A stretch of DNA of 64,000 nt from Dimorphilus gyrociliatus (GCA_904063045.1 CAJFCJ010000005.1:3684504-3748503); one strand, 5' to 3'; positions 51,632 to 64,000 are shown, counted from the stretch's first letter. Notes: generated by a model not told the origin, from the letters alone. Numbers and translations are program-made.

Positions 51632-54600
51632 ATGAGAAACTTGTCAATTTCAAATTATGACGAAGTAAATTTTGATGATCTGAAACATTCCAAACACATA
51701 TGCGTAAACACAGACACGACTGATGTCTTTGTGGCCACCGATAAAAGTCTTGTTGAAGTGGATATTAGGGCAAAAAAGGCGAGTTATTACAAACTGACCA
51801 TCCAAATTATTTCACAACTATGATTTAATATTTCACAGATTATTAATCAGATTACGTTGAGAGAAATTGACTTTCTAAACGGTGATGAAAATGTTGTTGG
51901 GATAGAGTATTTACCTGATCAACAAAGTCTTTGTGCTGCTACGAATAAAGGACATCTATTTCTATGGAGAGTAGTGGAGAGAGACGTAATTTTAAACGCA
52001 TATTTACATCTTTGAATAGATATTAAAGATTAATTATCACCCTTAGTTCGAGCAAGTTGGTGCTGTAGAAAGTGGCTTCGAGACGATGGAATGGAGTCCA
52101 GATCAAGAATTAATAGCATTAGTTACTGGGGATTTGACTTTAATTTTGATGACTCGCGATTTCGAGGTACTTAGCGAGCAAATTATTAATAGTGAATCTG
52201 AAGGTGAAGGGCAGTTGATAACTGTTGGTTGGGGTAAAAAAGCCACACAATTTCATGGCTCTGAGGGTAAGAATATTATAAGAAATCTTTTCGTAAATTA
52301 TTTCAATATTTGGGAAAAAAATTTATCTATATTTTTCATAAAGGAAAACAAGCTGCAACCGCAAAATTAGAACTTGAGGGTGGACTGAGATCCACAGATA
52401 ACTCTACTAGTCAAATAAGTTGGAAAGCTAATGGTGAAATGTTCGCTCTATCATGTTTTAATAAAGAATTAAACAGACGCCAAATTCGAATTTGGAGTAG
52501 AGAGGGTCAACTATTTTCATGTAATGAACACGTAGGACCAATTGAGCAGGCTCTTAGCTATAAGTAAGCTATAAGTAAATTTTATAAATGTTTTCTTTTT
52601 GTCTCCAACTTAAAAATTATAAAATTATGATATTATAATAATATATATGTATACATATATACATAGGTACATAATGTATACATGTTTACATATATACATT
52701 TATACATGTATATATGTCTACATATATTCATGTATGTATGTATACATTATTCATGTATGAATATACACATTTACATATATGTACATATGTATGTATTTAT
52801 GTATATGTGCATATGCATATAATTATATATAGAATAGACACATATATACATATATACATATATACATCTATACATATATACATCTATACATATATACATC
52901 TATACATCTATACATCTATACATATATACATCTATACATATATACATACGTATAATCATGTATACATCTATACATATATACATCTATACATGTATACATA
53001 TACACATATATACATATCTATTCTTTTCAGACCATCGGGAAATTTAGTCGCAACCTCTTTACACTATCGTGGAAAACATGAAGTTATATTTATAGAAAAA
53101 AATGGCTTACAGCACGGATCGTTTACGATATTTGGTGATAAAGATGATTATATAAAGCAAATGAGCTGGAATGTTGATTCGACTGTTTTAGCGTTGGTTG
53201 TATCTAATTCGAATGGCAATGAACGAGTTTATTTGTACACTAGTAGTAATTATCACTGGTGCCTTAAACAAGTCATTAATAAACCAGTTACTAAATTGAT
53301 ATGGGATCCTGAAGATGCTATGATTCTTCATATTGTAACATCTAATGGCGATTATGTGCGATATATTTGGCGTTGGATAATCTCCTCAAGCGTTAACGGC
53401 ACTTGTGCAGTTATTGATGGTGATTTGTTAAAAGTTACTAACTTTCAGGATGCCATCATCCCTCCACCTATGTGTTCCTTTATTATTAAGATGGAGAATC
53501 CTGTTTCAATGGTTTGCTTTGGAGATGATGACGAATTACTTGCTGTTGACTGCTGGGGAAAAGTTATTATTCATTCGATTAAAGGTAGCAATAGTATATA
53601 CGGGTCACCAATCCTGTTTGCATTATTTAAATTTTATTCATCCTTTTATAGAAAATGAAATTTTTAAACAAACGTCAAAGTTGTCACTAGACCAAGGAAA
53701 GTCTGAAAAATTAACAAAGTATTGTTCAAAACTCGTCCAGTATGTATATTCATATAAATGAGAAATTTTTTTATAGACTTACGAATTTGAACAGGTTGTT
53801 GAACAATCTAGGTACTGTTTGTCATATCACGTTTCATAGACATACAATCGTATGTGTATCGTGTAAATATGGAGAGCGGCTCCTAAATAAAATAGAAATA
53901 AGAGACGATTTTGCTGAAACTATCAGGTAAAAAAATATTAAGCTCTTTGTTTCAATGTATGATATACAAAAGATAAATTTGACTGTAGCTCAAAAAGTCT
54001 GGACCATGATGTTGTATGTTTAGCGTCTCTGAACAGCTTTGTAGCTTTACAAAAAAATGACGGAACTGTTTGGAAAATAGATAATGGTAATTATCTAAAT
54101 TAATAAATAAATTAATTTACTAACAACTGATATAAATCTGAATATGTCAATAGACTGTACATAATTTAATAGCTAAATGTCAATGCTATTGTTTCTGTTA
54201 TTGTAATTTTTAACATTTTTATTAGTATTATTATTATTATTACTATAATAATTTAAATTTATTTATTTAGATAACTTATTAGAACCTATGAAAGATGAAA
54301 ACGGTTTGAACATACAATTTTCTGATGTCTGTCAACAGATGTCACTATGCAAATTCAAGAACGCTGAGGTACTCTTTTTTTTAATTTTATTATTCAATTA
54401 CTTTCGTTGTTATTATAATAATTTCTTTTTATTTCTTTAATTTCCTCCTCTCTTGAATAATTCAAACGAGAAAAAATTTGTTTAAAACAGATACTATTGA
54501 TTGGATTAAGTAAAAGACATAAATTATTTGTGAACAATCAACAACTGAGCGATTGTTGCACTTCTTTCACCGTCAATCAAAATTTTGTCGTTTTTACAAC

Positions 54601-56985
54601 CCATCAGCATGTTATGAAATTTATTGATGGCGAAACGACTAAAGGTAAACTTTATCTGACAACATCAATAGAAATAAATAAAAAAAAAGAGTAATAGGTG
54701 AACTCGGCCAAGTTAAAGATATAGAAACAAACAAGATACATAGTATATACATTAAAGATAAACTCATAAATTTCTTTGCAGTAATGGATATGGAGAGGCG
54801 CTTAGAAAGGGGGAGTTCAGCCATTATATCACCTTCTGATACATCTGTAGTTTTACAGATGCCTAGAGGAAATTTAGAATGCATTCACCCTCGTCCCCTT
54901 TTTCTAACTTCCGTTCGTGGGCTATTAAACAGGACTGAATACTTTAAAGCCATAACGTTAATGAGAAAGCATCGAATCAATATGAATTTAATTTACGATC
55001 ACGATCCTGTAATGTTCATGAACAATCTCGATCAATTTGTTCATCAAGTGAATTCATCAACGTTAATTAATTTATTCTTAGCCGATTTAAATGAGCAAAA
55101 TGTTACAAAAACAATGTATCATTTTATGTATATAAGCGATAGAAAGAATACCGAATCGGGTTGTAAAGTTGACTTAATTTGCGACGCTTTAAGAGGGAAA
55201 ATGACAAAAATAGACTTTGACAAGTAAAAGCAAATATAAAAATTTTCTATTTATAATTCCTTTCTATTGGATTTTTTATCCGTCTTATCAGATTTCTCTT
55301 ATCAATATTAACAACGTTTATTAAGAAGAGTAAAAGGGAAGTTGAAAAGGCTTTATTACTTATTAAGAGGCTACAAGACGAGGGCGATAAAAGTAGAGCG
55401 GAGCAAGCTTTGAAGCATCTGCTGTTCTTAGTTGATGTGAACGAATTATATGATGTTGCCTTGGGATTATATGATTTTCAGCTTGTGCTTAAAGTCGCCG
55501 AAAAGTCGCAAAAAGTACGTAATTTCTTTTTTTTTATATCACGTTTGTTATTATTATTTTACTTTCTTCTTTACATATACTGTGTATAATCTTCTCTTAT
55601 GCTTCATTCTTACCTATAAAGAATTTAGGCCTATAGTTGAATAGAGTGAGAATGGTAAAAGTAATAATAGAGGGAAATGAGAAACATATATATATATAGA
55701 GTATATATATATATATATACACTGTATAAAATTTATATATTATATTAGTACATAAGTATACATATATTATATGCCCAATTTCTTTACTCAGGATCCGAAA
55801 GAGTACATACCATTTTTAAAGGAACTGCAACAACTGGATGAAGTCTATCGTCGCTTTGTAATAAATAAACACTTGAAGCGTCATAAAGAGGCACTTCCGT
55901 ACATTTGTCAGTGTATAGATAAGTTTGAAGAGTGTCTGGAATTCATCAGTGAGCATTCTCTCTATGCCGAAGCTTTGCGGTATTTCAAAGCCGGGAGCAA
56001 AGAATTCGAAAATGTATGCTTGCGGTACGGAAAGTACTTGTTCGAAAAGAAGAAATATGATCAAGCTGGTCTGATATATGTAAAGGGTGGCCATTATGAA
56101 GATTCTATTATAGCTTATGAAAAATGTTCCCTGTGGCGAGAGGCCATTTCATCGGCGACCAAATCTGGCTACAACCCCCAAGAGATGGCGTTACTCTCAA
56201 GACGTTTATCGGAAACGCTAAAAAAACAGAGGAAATTTATTGAAGCTGCCATCCTTATAGAACAGTACGCAGGCGATTGCGAAGGTGCCATCGAAGTGTT
56301 GATAGAAGGAAGATGTTGGCAGGAAGCGACCAGAATTATGCACAAGCACAATCGATTAGACTTCATACAAACGCACCTCAACGACGCCGTATTGGAAGCG
56401 TTTAGATCGATAAATTCTACTCTCGATGATTTACGGTCGAATTTCGAACGCAATTTGAACAGACTGTGTGTTGTTCGGGAAGAAAAAAAAAAGAGGGCGG
56501 CTGAATTATTATATGATGAGGAGGACGTCGGTAACGCCGACGTCTACTCAGATACTAGTAGTGTTATGACGGGGTCCGTTACTAGCGGAGGGACACGTTC
56601 CAGTGGAAAATCGACCCGTAGCAGAAAAAAGAAAGAAAGGAAATTATGGAGTTTAAGAGAAGGCTCGGTTTATGAGCACGCAGCGTTGGTCGACGCTTTA
56701 AGATCGATTTATTCCGAAGCGATCGAATATAAAACGGACGTGACCGATTTGCTGCGAATACTTTTCTCTACGGATATGCTAGATGAGGCTAGAAACGTAA
56801 GCGCTAAATACGGTGGCCTATTAGATATACTAGCTTTGTCCATAAGCGTTATCTGGAATGTGGAATTTTGCTTGGAAGCATCTAATTTTGAAGATGAACG
56901 ACACATTCGGGAATTTTGTGCATTAAAAGTTGCACCTGACATTGCGGCTTATAAAGATATGTCGTGGCAGATAGAAATAATGTAG
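51632..56985 (+). CDS. ELP1: Elongator complex protein 1 (IKBKAP), multi-exon
   Basis: MRNL start; [32 protein letters not shown]; RPSGNLVA; [10 protein letters not shown]; [21 protein letters not shown]; [13 protein letters not shown]; [17 protein letters not shown]. Confidence 0.97.
52640..53020. repeat. Degenerate TATACATC/TATACATA-type tandem repeat in an ELP1 intron
   Basis: About 380 bp of near-alternating purine/pyrimidine repeat, ending just before the acceptor at 53030. Confidence 0.85.
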
Positions 56986-58960
56986 GCGTGCATAGTGTGC
57001 ATTTTTGCAAAAAGACTGAATTCTTTACAATTGTAGCGAGAGGTATTGTGCGCATTGAATTGGGTGAACTTTTTTTGAACATTACTATATTGTCTGTTTT
57101 GAATACAATTGAGCCGGCCGAGCTTGCGGACGTGTATTTATATTAAAATTAATCAATTCAAGCATGACTAAGGCTGTTTACATCAACATTCCGAGTGCAT
57201 TATGAGTATAGCGCCTACAGGTCAAACCTAGTTCACTTGGCAAGTTGACAACTTGTTGAAAATAAAACGTTTGTAATTGTATTCGTCACAAAATGGAAGA
57301 TCACTAAACGAATGGAAGAGAATCTGTATAGCAGAACCATTCAACACGATCAGCAGCTACGTTAGTTATCCAAAAGGATTCAACTAATGATTAATGCTAC
57401 ATGTAGATAATACATTTTACATTAAACACAACAATTAGATGCTAGTACTTTTTTTCATTGTACGCATTTGATTTCGAACAGAATTGTCTTTACTTGATTG
57501 ATAAATTCATCTACAATTTAAAAAATTAAGATTATACGATTCTTAGTGCAAACCCAAAAAATTTTTTTCTTTTTCTATTCTCTCTCTCCCATATATATAC
57601 ATATATATATGTATTATAAAACATTTCATACTGCATCTATAAATGTATACGTATATAGATGTACAGTATAATTAATCTCTAAAAAGCTGGGCTTGCACTT
57701 TGAAAAAACATAGGTAAACGCATTCAAAATGAAAAATAAAATGTAAAATCACAGAAGAAAGAAAGATGATGAATAAGTAAAAGAGACAAGACAGACAAAG
57801 TATCCATCTATCTATCTTCTCTTCTAAATGGAAAACATAGATAGCTAGATGGACAGCAAGAGTTTCAAAAGAAAAAAAAACAAAAATAAACATTGATAAC
57901 ATTATATGTTAAAAAAAAGATAAACAAATTAAAAGGAATATTTTCGAAAATTAACAGAGAGACTCGGTGTGACCCTGTACAAAAAAATCAGTAAGGGTGC
58001 AGTACGGGTGTGACCGAACGAAAAATTCATCACAGAAATAGGCAGATATATAAACTCTCTTGTCGTTCTTTCCTTTTGTTTAATCAAAATTTGAAATAAA
58101 AAAGAGAAAAAACTTTTTTTTTTCGATTCGATAAAAAAAAGAAAAGAAGAAAAAGAAGAAAAAAGAGAGAAAGACAAAAAAAAGAAAAACCAATACAGTA
58201 GAAGTTTAAAATAAAAATTAATTAACTCGTTGTGACCACGCGCGTGCGTTTTTTTTCCTTTTTTTTTGTCTAATCAGCAGATTAATGAAAAAAAAATTAG
58301 TACAATCAGCAGATAATCAGTTAGTGTACAGATCAATGGAGTGATATGCGCGATTAGAGACAACAAAAAAACGATTGCAGGGGAAGAAAAAAGAAAAAGA
58401 AAAAAAAAAGAGAGAGAGAGAGAGAGATGGAGAAAAGAAAACAGGGTAAAAAAATTAAGAAAGAGGAAGAAGGAAGATTTTTAGACGGAGCAGAAAAAGA
58501 AGAAGGAGAAGAAGAAGCAGAAGAAGGTTTCGTATGAACAAAGTAAAAAAAATACAAACAAACAAACAAAAAAAACAAAGGATTAGGTTTAGGGTTAAAA
58601 AAAGGATAAAGCAAAAAATAAAAATACATATAAAGGATATAAGAATTATAAAGGAGAAGAAGAAAAAAAGAAAAGAAAAAAGGTAAAAAGTACCTTTGTA
58701 ACTTTTTTTCTTCTTCTTCCCCTCCCCCTCCCTCCCGCTTCTCCTCCTCCTCTTCTTTAAACAAACGACATGTATAAAAATTCTACAATATAATGCAATA
58801 TATAGATATTTTGTTATTGTTTTTTTTTTCTTTTTTTGTTGTTTATATTTGCATATAAATGCATGGATTAAGGATTTAAATATCCTACATACCATACATT
58901 ATTCTATATGCAAAATATACAACTTCGATATATATATATATATAGATATATACTGTATAC

Positions 58961-58992
<32 letters not shown>

Positions 58993-59210
58993 TAACAATA
59001 ATATTTATATATGCATAAAAGAGGGAAAAAAAAAAGAGACCTTTTTATATCTAATATAATGTGCATACAAAAAAAGCAGAACAAACTGAATCCTGAGACA
59101 CTTATAGCGTAACGTGAACATTAAAATAGCAATATTGTTCAAATCAATTTTTGTTCGAAATATTCTGGGAAAACGCTCGTACGAAGAATATAAATGGAAG
59201 CTCTCATACG

Positions 59211-60876
59211 TCACGCACTACGCCTACCATTAGTTTTAGACGTTTGCATAATTAAAAATAGTGACCTACATTACGAATAATAATAATTTTTGTTATGTAC
59301 AACTTACTGGTCAGAATTTCTACAAGCATGCGCCACTTCGGGAGGTAATGCTTCTGGGGGTAAATTCGAATTTTCATCCTCCATTGGTTGTTCATCATCC
59401 TCCTCCTCCTCCTCCTCATCGTCGTCCGATTCGTGTTCATTGTCGTTTGAATCGCGTTTCGGTAGGCAGAGATCTAACTGCGATTGTGGCATAAGCGCTT
59501 TTAGGGCGTTTGTATACGCCTCTAGATCGATGTTGGACGGGAAGTTCTTCACTTGGGAAACGCTATCCGCCTTGTCCGGTTTGGAGACGGCCAGCGTCTG
59601 TTTGACGGGAGTAAGAGCCTGGGTCGGGAAGGGTAGAGGTTGTTTATTAGCAGTAGCGGCAGCGGCGGCCATAAGTGCCTGTTGTTTCACTTGAAATTCC
59701 GAGATGGAGCTCATCTGTTGAGAAAGTAGAGGCGAACGATGAACGTGCGAGGCGAGGTGTGAATTGAGGTTCTGTTTTGTGAGGAAGCCCTTATGACAAA
59801 TATCGCAGTAGAATGGCCTTGAATTAGTATGAGTCCAAAGATGCCGGTTCATCGCCGATTTTTGGGTGAAACCTTTTCCGCATTGAGTACATTTATAGGG
59901 TCGATAGCCAGTATGGATTCGAATATGAATTTGTAATTCGCTCTTCGCTTTAAACAATTTACCGCATTCGTAACATGGGAAGTTTGGGGGGCTGGATGGG
60001 GTTGTCGGAGGTATAGCTGTCGGAGGGGACATTATAATATGTGACGTAGGTTGCAGTAAGTTTGCAGAAGGTGCTTTGATGTGTGTTAAAGTGTGCTTCG
60101 ATAAATCGAAGGCTGACGGAAAAGTCGCTCCGCATTCCGTGCACGATTGCGGTTTGGACGACATACGGGCCATCTGCAAAAAAAATGGTAACAATAGTAA
60201 TACGGGTAGAGCTAATAGATAATGGATCGATAAGAGCAATATATATATAAATATATACATATATATGTATAAATCAGAGCATATATAAATAAATACTTAC
60301 TTTTAAAAGATTTTCGAATGGTATTGCGTTATGAGAAGTGGAAGAAGAGGAAGATGAAGAGGAAGTGGGAGTGGTAGCGGAGGAAACTGAAGTTGAGTTA
60401 GGCGCAGATGCCTCGCCATTCTTGCAATTTGTATCATCGTTGTTTTCTTTTTCATGGTCAATAATAAGCTTGTTATCCTCTAAACCTTCTTCTTCTTCTT
60501 CTTCTCCATCGTCAACATCATCGTCATCTTGGGCGATATCTTCATTCCTGCTTTCTGGCTTGCTAGGCTGAGAGCGACGTGAGCCAAAGATGGACGTTTT
60601 AGACATAGGGAAGACGGGCGGGGCGATTTCATCGTTTGGAGAGGCGACCTCCTCCTTCACGGATTTGGTCGGGGAAGAGATGTAATCATTCGTAATTGTC
60701 TGATTGATTTTAACGAGGAAGACTTCGTCGGAAGATAACGTGATACCAAGCAGGCCATCGACGGTAATTCGAGGTTGCGTCGAGAAGCTCGATTTGCACA
60801 GCATGCAAATTGTGTCAGTAATTAATTTCTGAAAACGTTCTTTCTCGCTATCGTGCTGCAGCATGGCGTTGGCCAT
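59211..60876 (-). CDS. C2H2 zinc-finger transcription factor (4 fingers) with unnamed N-terminal domain; exons 60876-~60299, ~60176-~59310, probable mini-exon 59223-59211
   Basis: Fingers CTECG..H..H, CYECGKLF..HIRIHTGYRPY, CTQCGKGF..HLWTHTNSRPF, CDICHKGF..HLASH; acidic and Ser tracts; QLDLCLPKR (PxDLS-like); GT/AG at exon ends. Confidence 0.9.
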
Positions 60877-61832
60877 CTAAAAGTAGAATAGAATACAGGT
60901 GCACAATGAAGTCTATACAAAGCGCGCGGCAAGTCTAGGCCTACGGTATGGAATGCAAAATGTAAAGAGCGCATAAGAAGTGGTGAATATATTAAAAGTG
61001 TTGCATAGATCGTATAACGTTTATTTAAAGCATTCATGCACGGGCACGTTTACAAAAATTAGTCTCGACATGTACCTGCTTTTATGAATAGCGAATCGCT
61101 ATTAAGCAAATACTAACAGCACATAAGCCTATACATGTAAAGATAGAATAAATTATATACGCGCCCGTTTCTCTTTTGTTAGACGGCAGCTATGTTACTT
61201 AATTCGATTTAATACTAACTACAAATCGAACGATCGAACATTTAGAAGTAATTAAAACTTACATTCAACATTCGAAACGCTTGAAATTCAACGAAAGAGC
61301 GAGAAATTAATCATTTGTAGCCGCTGCGCGGCTCTACATATGCATAATGCGCAGCACACAGTTTATGCTAGAATGATTCAGTTGTCAGAGCTACATTGAT
61401 GTATCACGATTTATCGCTCACTAAACGCCTAGAAAATATACTGTAGGGCATTTACAATAATCATGATCGCTACTCAATCGTTTTAATGACTATGCTTTTA
61501 ATTACCTAAAATAAAAAAATTCATCATATGTGCAAAACATGAAATACATAAATGTAACAGTACATGTGTGGTGTACATTGCATTTTATCGATTGGTAACC
61601 CCCAACGCCATCTTGTTTATCATCTTGTTGGTTTTGTATCTGAATCTTTCGGCAATTTTTCATTAGCCAACCTAATAAAACAATAATCCATTCCCATTTG
61701 TGCACTGGATCTATAAAACTGGCTTAAAAGGAATTACCTTATATTTTCATAAATTTTAGAGGAAAAATCTGCTTTCGAAAATTCACAGATTATAGATTCT
61801 ATTTAACGCTCCGAACGATAATAGGTGAAGAT

Positions 61833-62321
61833 ATGACTTCCCTTCCAAACGTCTTTAGGAGACAACGAGATAATGAGGAAAAATTAAATGCATTATTTAA
61901 GCAGCATTGTATCAGCTTCTTTAATTTTATGTTTGGAAATTCTACAAGATACAGCGTAAATGCGATGGTAATCGCTCGTGTACAGAAAAACGAAGAAGAT
62001 CGTCCTAGTGGTTGTATGCTCAGATTTGAACATGATAATATCCCAGCAGAAGAATCTTTGTATCATTCAGATATAAGCTCTGAAGATGGAGATGATTTAG
62101 CAAACATGTCATCAGCTAAACGAAAATGTGAAAAATCCGAAGAAGACGTAGAAGAGCCAGTCACCAAAAAGGCTAAATCTGATGAAGATTTAGAAGACGA
62201 AGAACTAGAAGACGAGATTGAAGAGGAAGAAGAAGAAGAGGAAGATGATGAAGAAGAAGAAACTGAGACTAATGACAAAGAAAAACCTAGCACTTCGAGC
62301 GAGGATGCTAACGTGAACTAA
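61833..62321 (+). CDS. Hypothetical acidic nuclear protein, 162 aa, single exon
   Basis: ATG-initiated ORF with a structured-looking N-terminal ~70 aa, bipartite-NLS-like KRKCEK..PVTKKAK and a long E/D tract. Confidence 0.75.
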   Translation: MTSLPNVFRRQRDNEEKLNALFKQHCISFFNFMFGNSTRYSVNAMVIARVQKNEEDRPSGCMLRFEHDNIPAEESLYHSDISSEDGDDLANMSSAKRKCEKSEEDVEEPVTKKAKSDEDLEDEELEDEIEEEEEEEEDDEEEETETNDKEKPSTSSEDANVN

Positions 62322-62449
62322 ATTTATATGTTAATACTCTGGAATAGTTTACGTATAAATAAAATTTTATATAATTATTTAGTCAAAAATAGGAGAGAGA
62401 AAAGAGAATGAGATAGGATAGAACAAATAAGAAAATGAAAAAAAGATCG

Positions 62450-62818
62450 TCATTCAATTTCTTTGCTTAAAGTAACCTTCACATAGCTTCTATCTATTTT
62501 ATCCTCTTCATCAATTTGTAAATGTCGAACGTTCCCTCCTCTTACAATTGATGTTACTGATCGACCAAGCAGCAGAACTGGATGAGATCGATTGTCTCTA
62601 GTAGCTGACTCTTCTCCTATAGAATTTAATTCTGTCCTTTGATCTTTCTTTCTTAAATGAACTCTTGTGTAGGGTTCTGTCGGCAATCTTCTAAACGGAG
62701 TGGAAATTGTCTCATCTATGCTAAGTATATCGGTAGAAGTTTCGCTAAACTCTGAATCTTTTCTTGGAAGAGACTTGAATCTTAGAGAATTAAAAAATGG
62801 AAAGCAAGACCAGCACAT
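62450..62818 (-). CDS. Hypothetical ~122-aa orphan protein
   Basis: Open frame of normal complexity preceded by a TAG acceptor (gtgtag|ctATG); N-terminus MCWSCFPFF. No homolog recognised. Confidence 0.5.
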   Translation of the reverse strand: MCWSCFPFFNSLRFKSLPRKDSEFSETSTDILSIDETISTPFRRLPTEPYTRVHLRKKDQRTELNSIGEESATRDNRSHPVLLLGRSVTSIVRGGNVRHLQIDEEDKIDRSYVKVTLSKEIE

Positions 62819-63138
62819 AGCTACACCCAAATATAATTCTATAAACTAGTTTGCAGAATATTACTTTAGGCCGTAATTGAGCATAACTAATTACACTCTC
62901 TCCCCTGTACCTTTTTCTTTTTTTACTAGTTCATTACAGTACTGAAAACTAAAAAACATAAAATAAGTAACGCACTCAACTCAAAGTTAGAGTCGTTTCT
63001 ATTTTATGCAATTATCGCTAATTAGATCATAATTTTTTCCCCCCTTTATTTTCTATTTTTTTTTTTAATGATAATTTTCGTAAATGAAAAACAACAAGTA
63101 ACAATAATTTTTACAGTTGAATCTTATCCAATCTTCCT

Positions 63139-63773
63139 TTAGTAGTAATCGTCGTTCATTTCGCTCGCTGTTGCGAATAGACCTCTCTCTTTTAATGCTT
63201 TTTGCTTCCTCTCTCTTTCTTCGGCTTTTAACGCTTCTTCTTTCCTTTGTAATTCGAGGATTTGTTCTACCGATACTTCTTTTAACAGTTTCTTTTGTAA
63301 ATCATCATCCTGTTAAAGTGCATTTTGATAAAAGAGTTATTATTATTCTTATTATTAGGTTCGCTTATCTATTATATTATGTTTGATGATATCGCTTACC
63401 ACTTCTCCTAACAAAACAACGTTTTCTCCTCGAACGACGAATATTCCTCTTTCGATGTCACCGTACTTCTTACCGACGTGAATTCGCTCGATTGTATCCT
63501 GAAGAACCAGATTCGCTATCGGGGTAGAATATTTGCCATCAATATAAAAAAGACGACAGCACGCAAATAATCGATATTAACCGAACTGATCGATGCTCCT
63601 TAAGAATCCAATCAACGTCCGACCGTCACGTAACACTACGAGTAACTTCTCTGAAAAATGAATGAACATTTAATAGCTTTGAAAAACCTATCAATAGTAA
63701 GTCATGATTATTTACTGTCAATTTCCTCTACAAGACTAGCTGTCCCTGGTAAGTAGCTTGAAAGAGAAGCCAT
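63139..63773 (-). CDS. LSM1: U6 snRNA-associated Sm-like protein LSm1, 4 exons
   Basis: [13 protein letters not shown]|[23 protein letters not shown]|[39 protein letters not shown]|..KALKERGL..*. Absent from the ORF track. Confidence 0.96.
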
Positions 63774-64000
63774 TTTAAATAGACTAAACTTGCCGATAAA
63801 GGAAAAGTGATTAATTGGTTTAATAAGAGATGATATTTATAAATAAAAAATCCCTTTTTGAGCTGGAGAAGCGATAAACTGGCAAGTCATTAATAAACAG
63901 TTTCGTAGTTTATTTATTTGATTTTATTGATTTGTTTTATAAACTTACTGTTTTATTGTTGCTGTTAATTTAAGTAATATATATTTATATATATACTATA

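Noticed and set aside
58583-58596. TTAGGTTTAGGGTT telomere-like sequence
   Set aside because: Only about two imperfect units; expected by chance.
5036-63386. Many antisense or alternate-frame ORFs overlapping real genes (e.g. 5036-5245, 21809-22174, 46147-47002, 55816-57082, 63117-63386)
   Set aside because: Shadow ORFs of long coding exons; no independent motifs.
1-64000. CRISPR arrays, prokaryotic operons, tRNA/rRNA genes, intact transposases, U12-type introns
   Set aside because: None seen on manual reading; the sequence is intron-containing animal DNA. tRNAscan-SE, Infernal and RepeatModeler would be needed to exclude small elements.

Overview
Gene-dense, AT-rich eukaryotic DNA with many 35-100 bp GT-AG introns and abundant microsatellites. 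It comes from an invertebrate animal with a compact genome, probably a lophotrochozoan (consistent with a miniaturised annelid such as Dimorphilus; not verified). No prokaryotic features, CRISPR arrays, tRNA/rRNA genes or intact transposons were seen. I spliced the gene models by hand. In order: TRIM2/3-like RING-Bbox-filamin-NHL protein (+); two tandem anion-selective Cys-loop receptor subunits (-); a frameshifted sigma-GST pseudogene; DCST2 (-); an internally deleted GST pseudogene; an intact sigma GST (-); ERAL1 (+); ARMC6 (-) with an intronless SLC49A4/DIRC2-like MFS gene nested antisense in intron 1; ANAPC15 (-); SDAD1 (+); an orphan gene (-) whose predicted stop overlaps the SDAD1 stop; a head-to-head cyclin G / cyclin I pair; NOMO (-); RRS1 (+); a divergent tetraspanin (+); ELP1 (+); a C2H2 zinc-finger protein with an unnamed N-terminal domain (-), head-to-head with an acidic finger-less protein that may carry a divergent copy of the same domain (+); a small orphan ORF (-); and LSM1 (-). 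The best leads are the zinc-finger/finger-less divergent pair, the nested MFS gene, the Cys-loop subunit lacking the usual amino-acid-binding residues, the cyclin G/I microsynteny and the CDS overlap with SDAD1. All homology calls are by eye from remembered family motifs; no searches were run.
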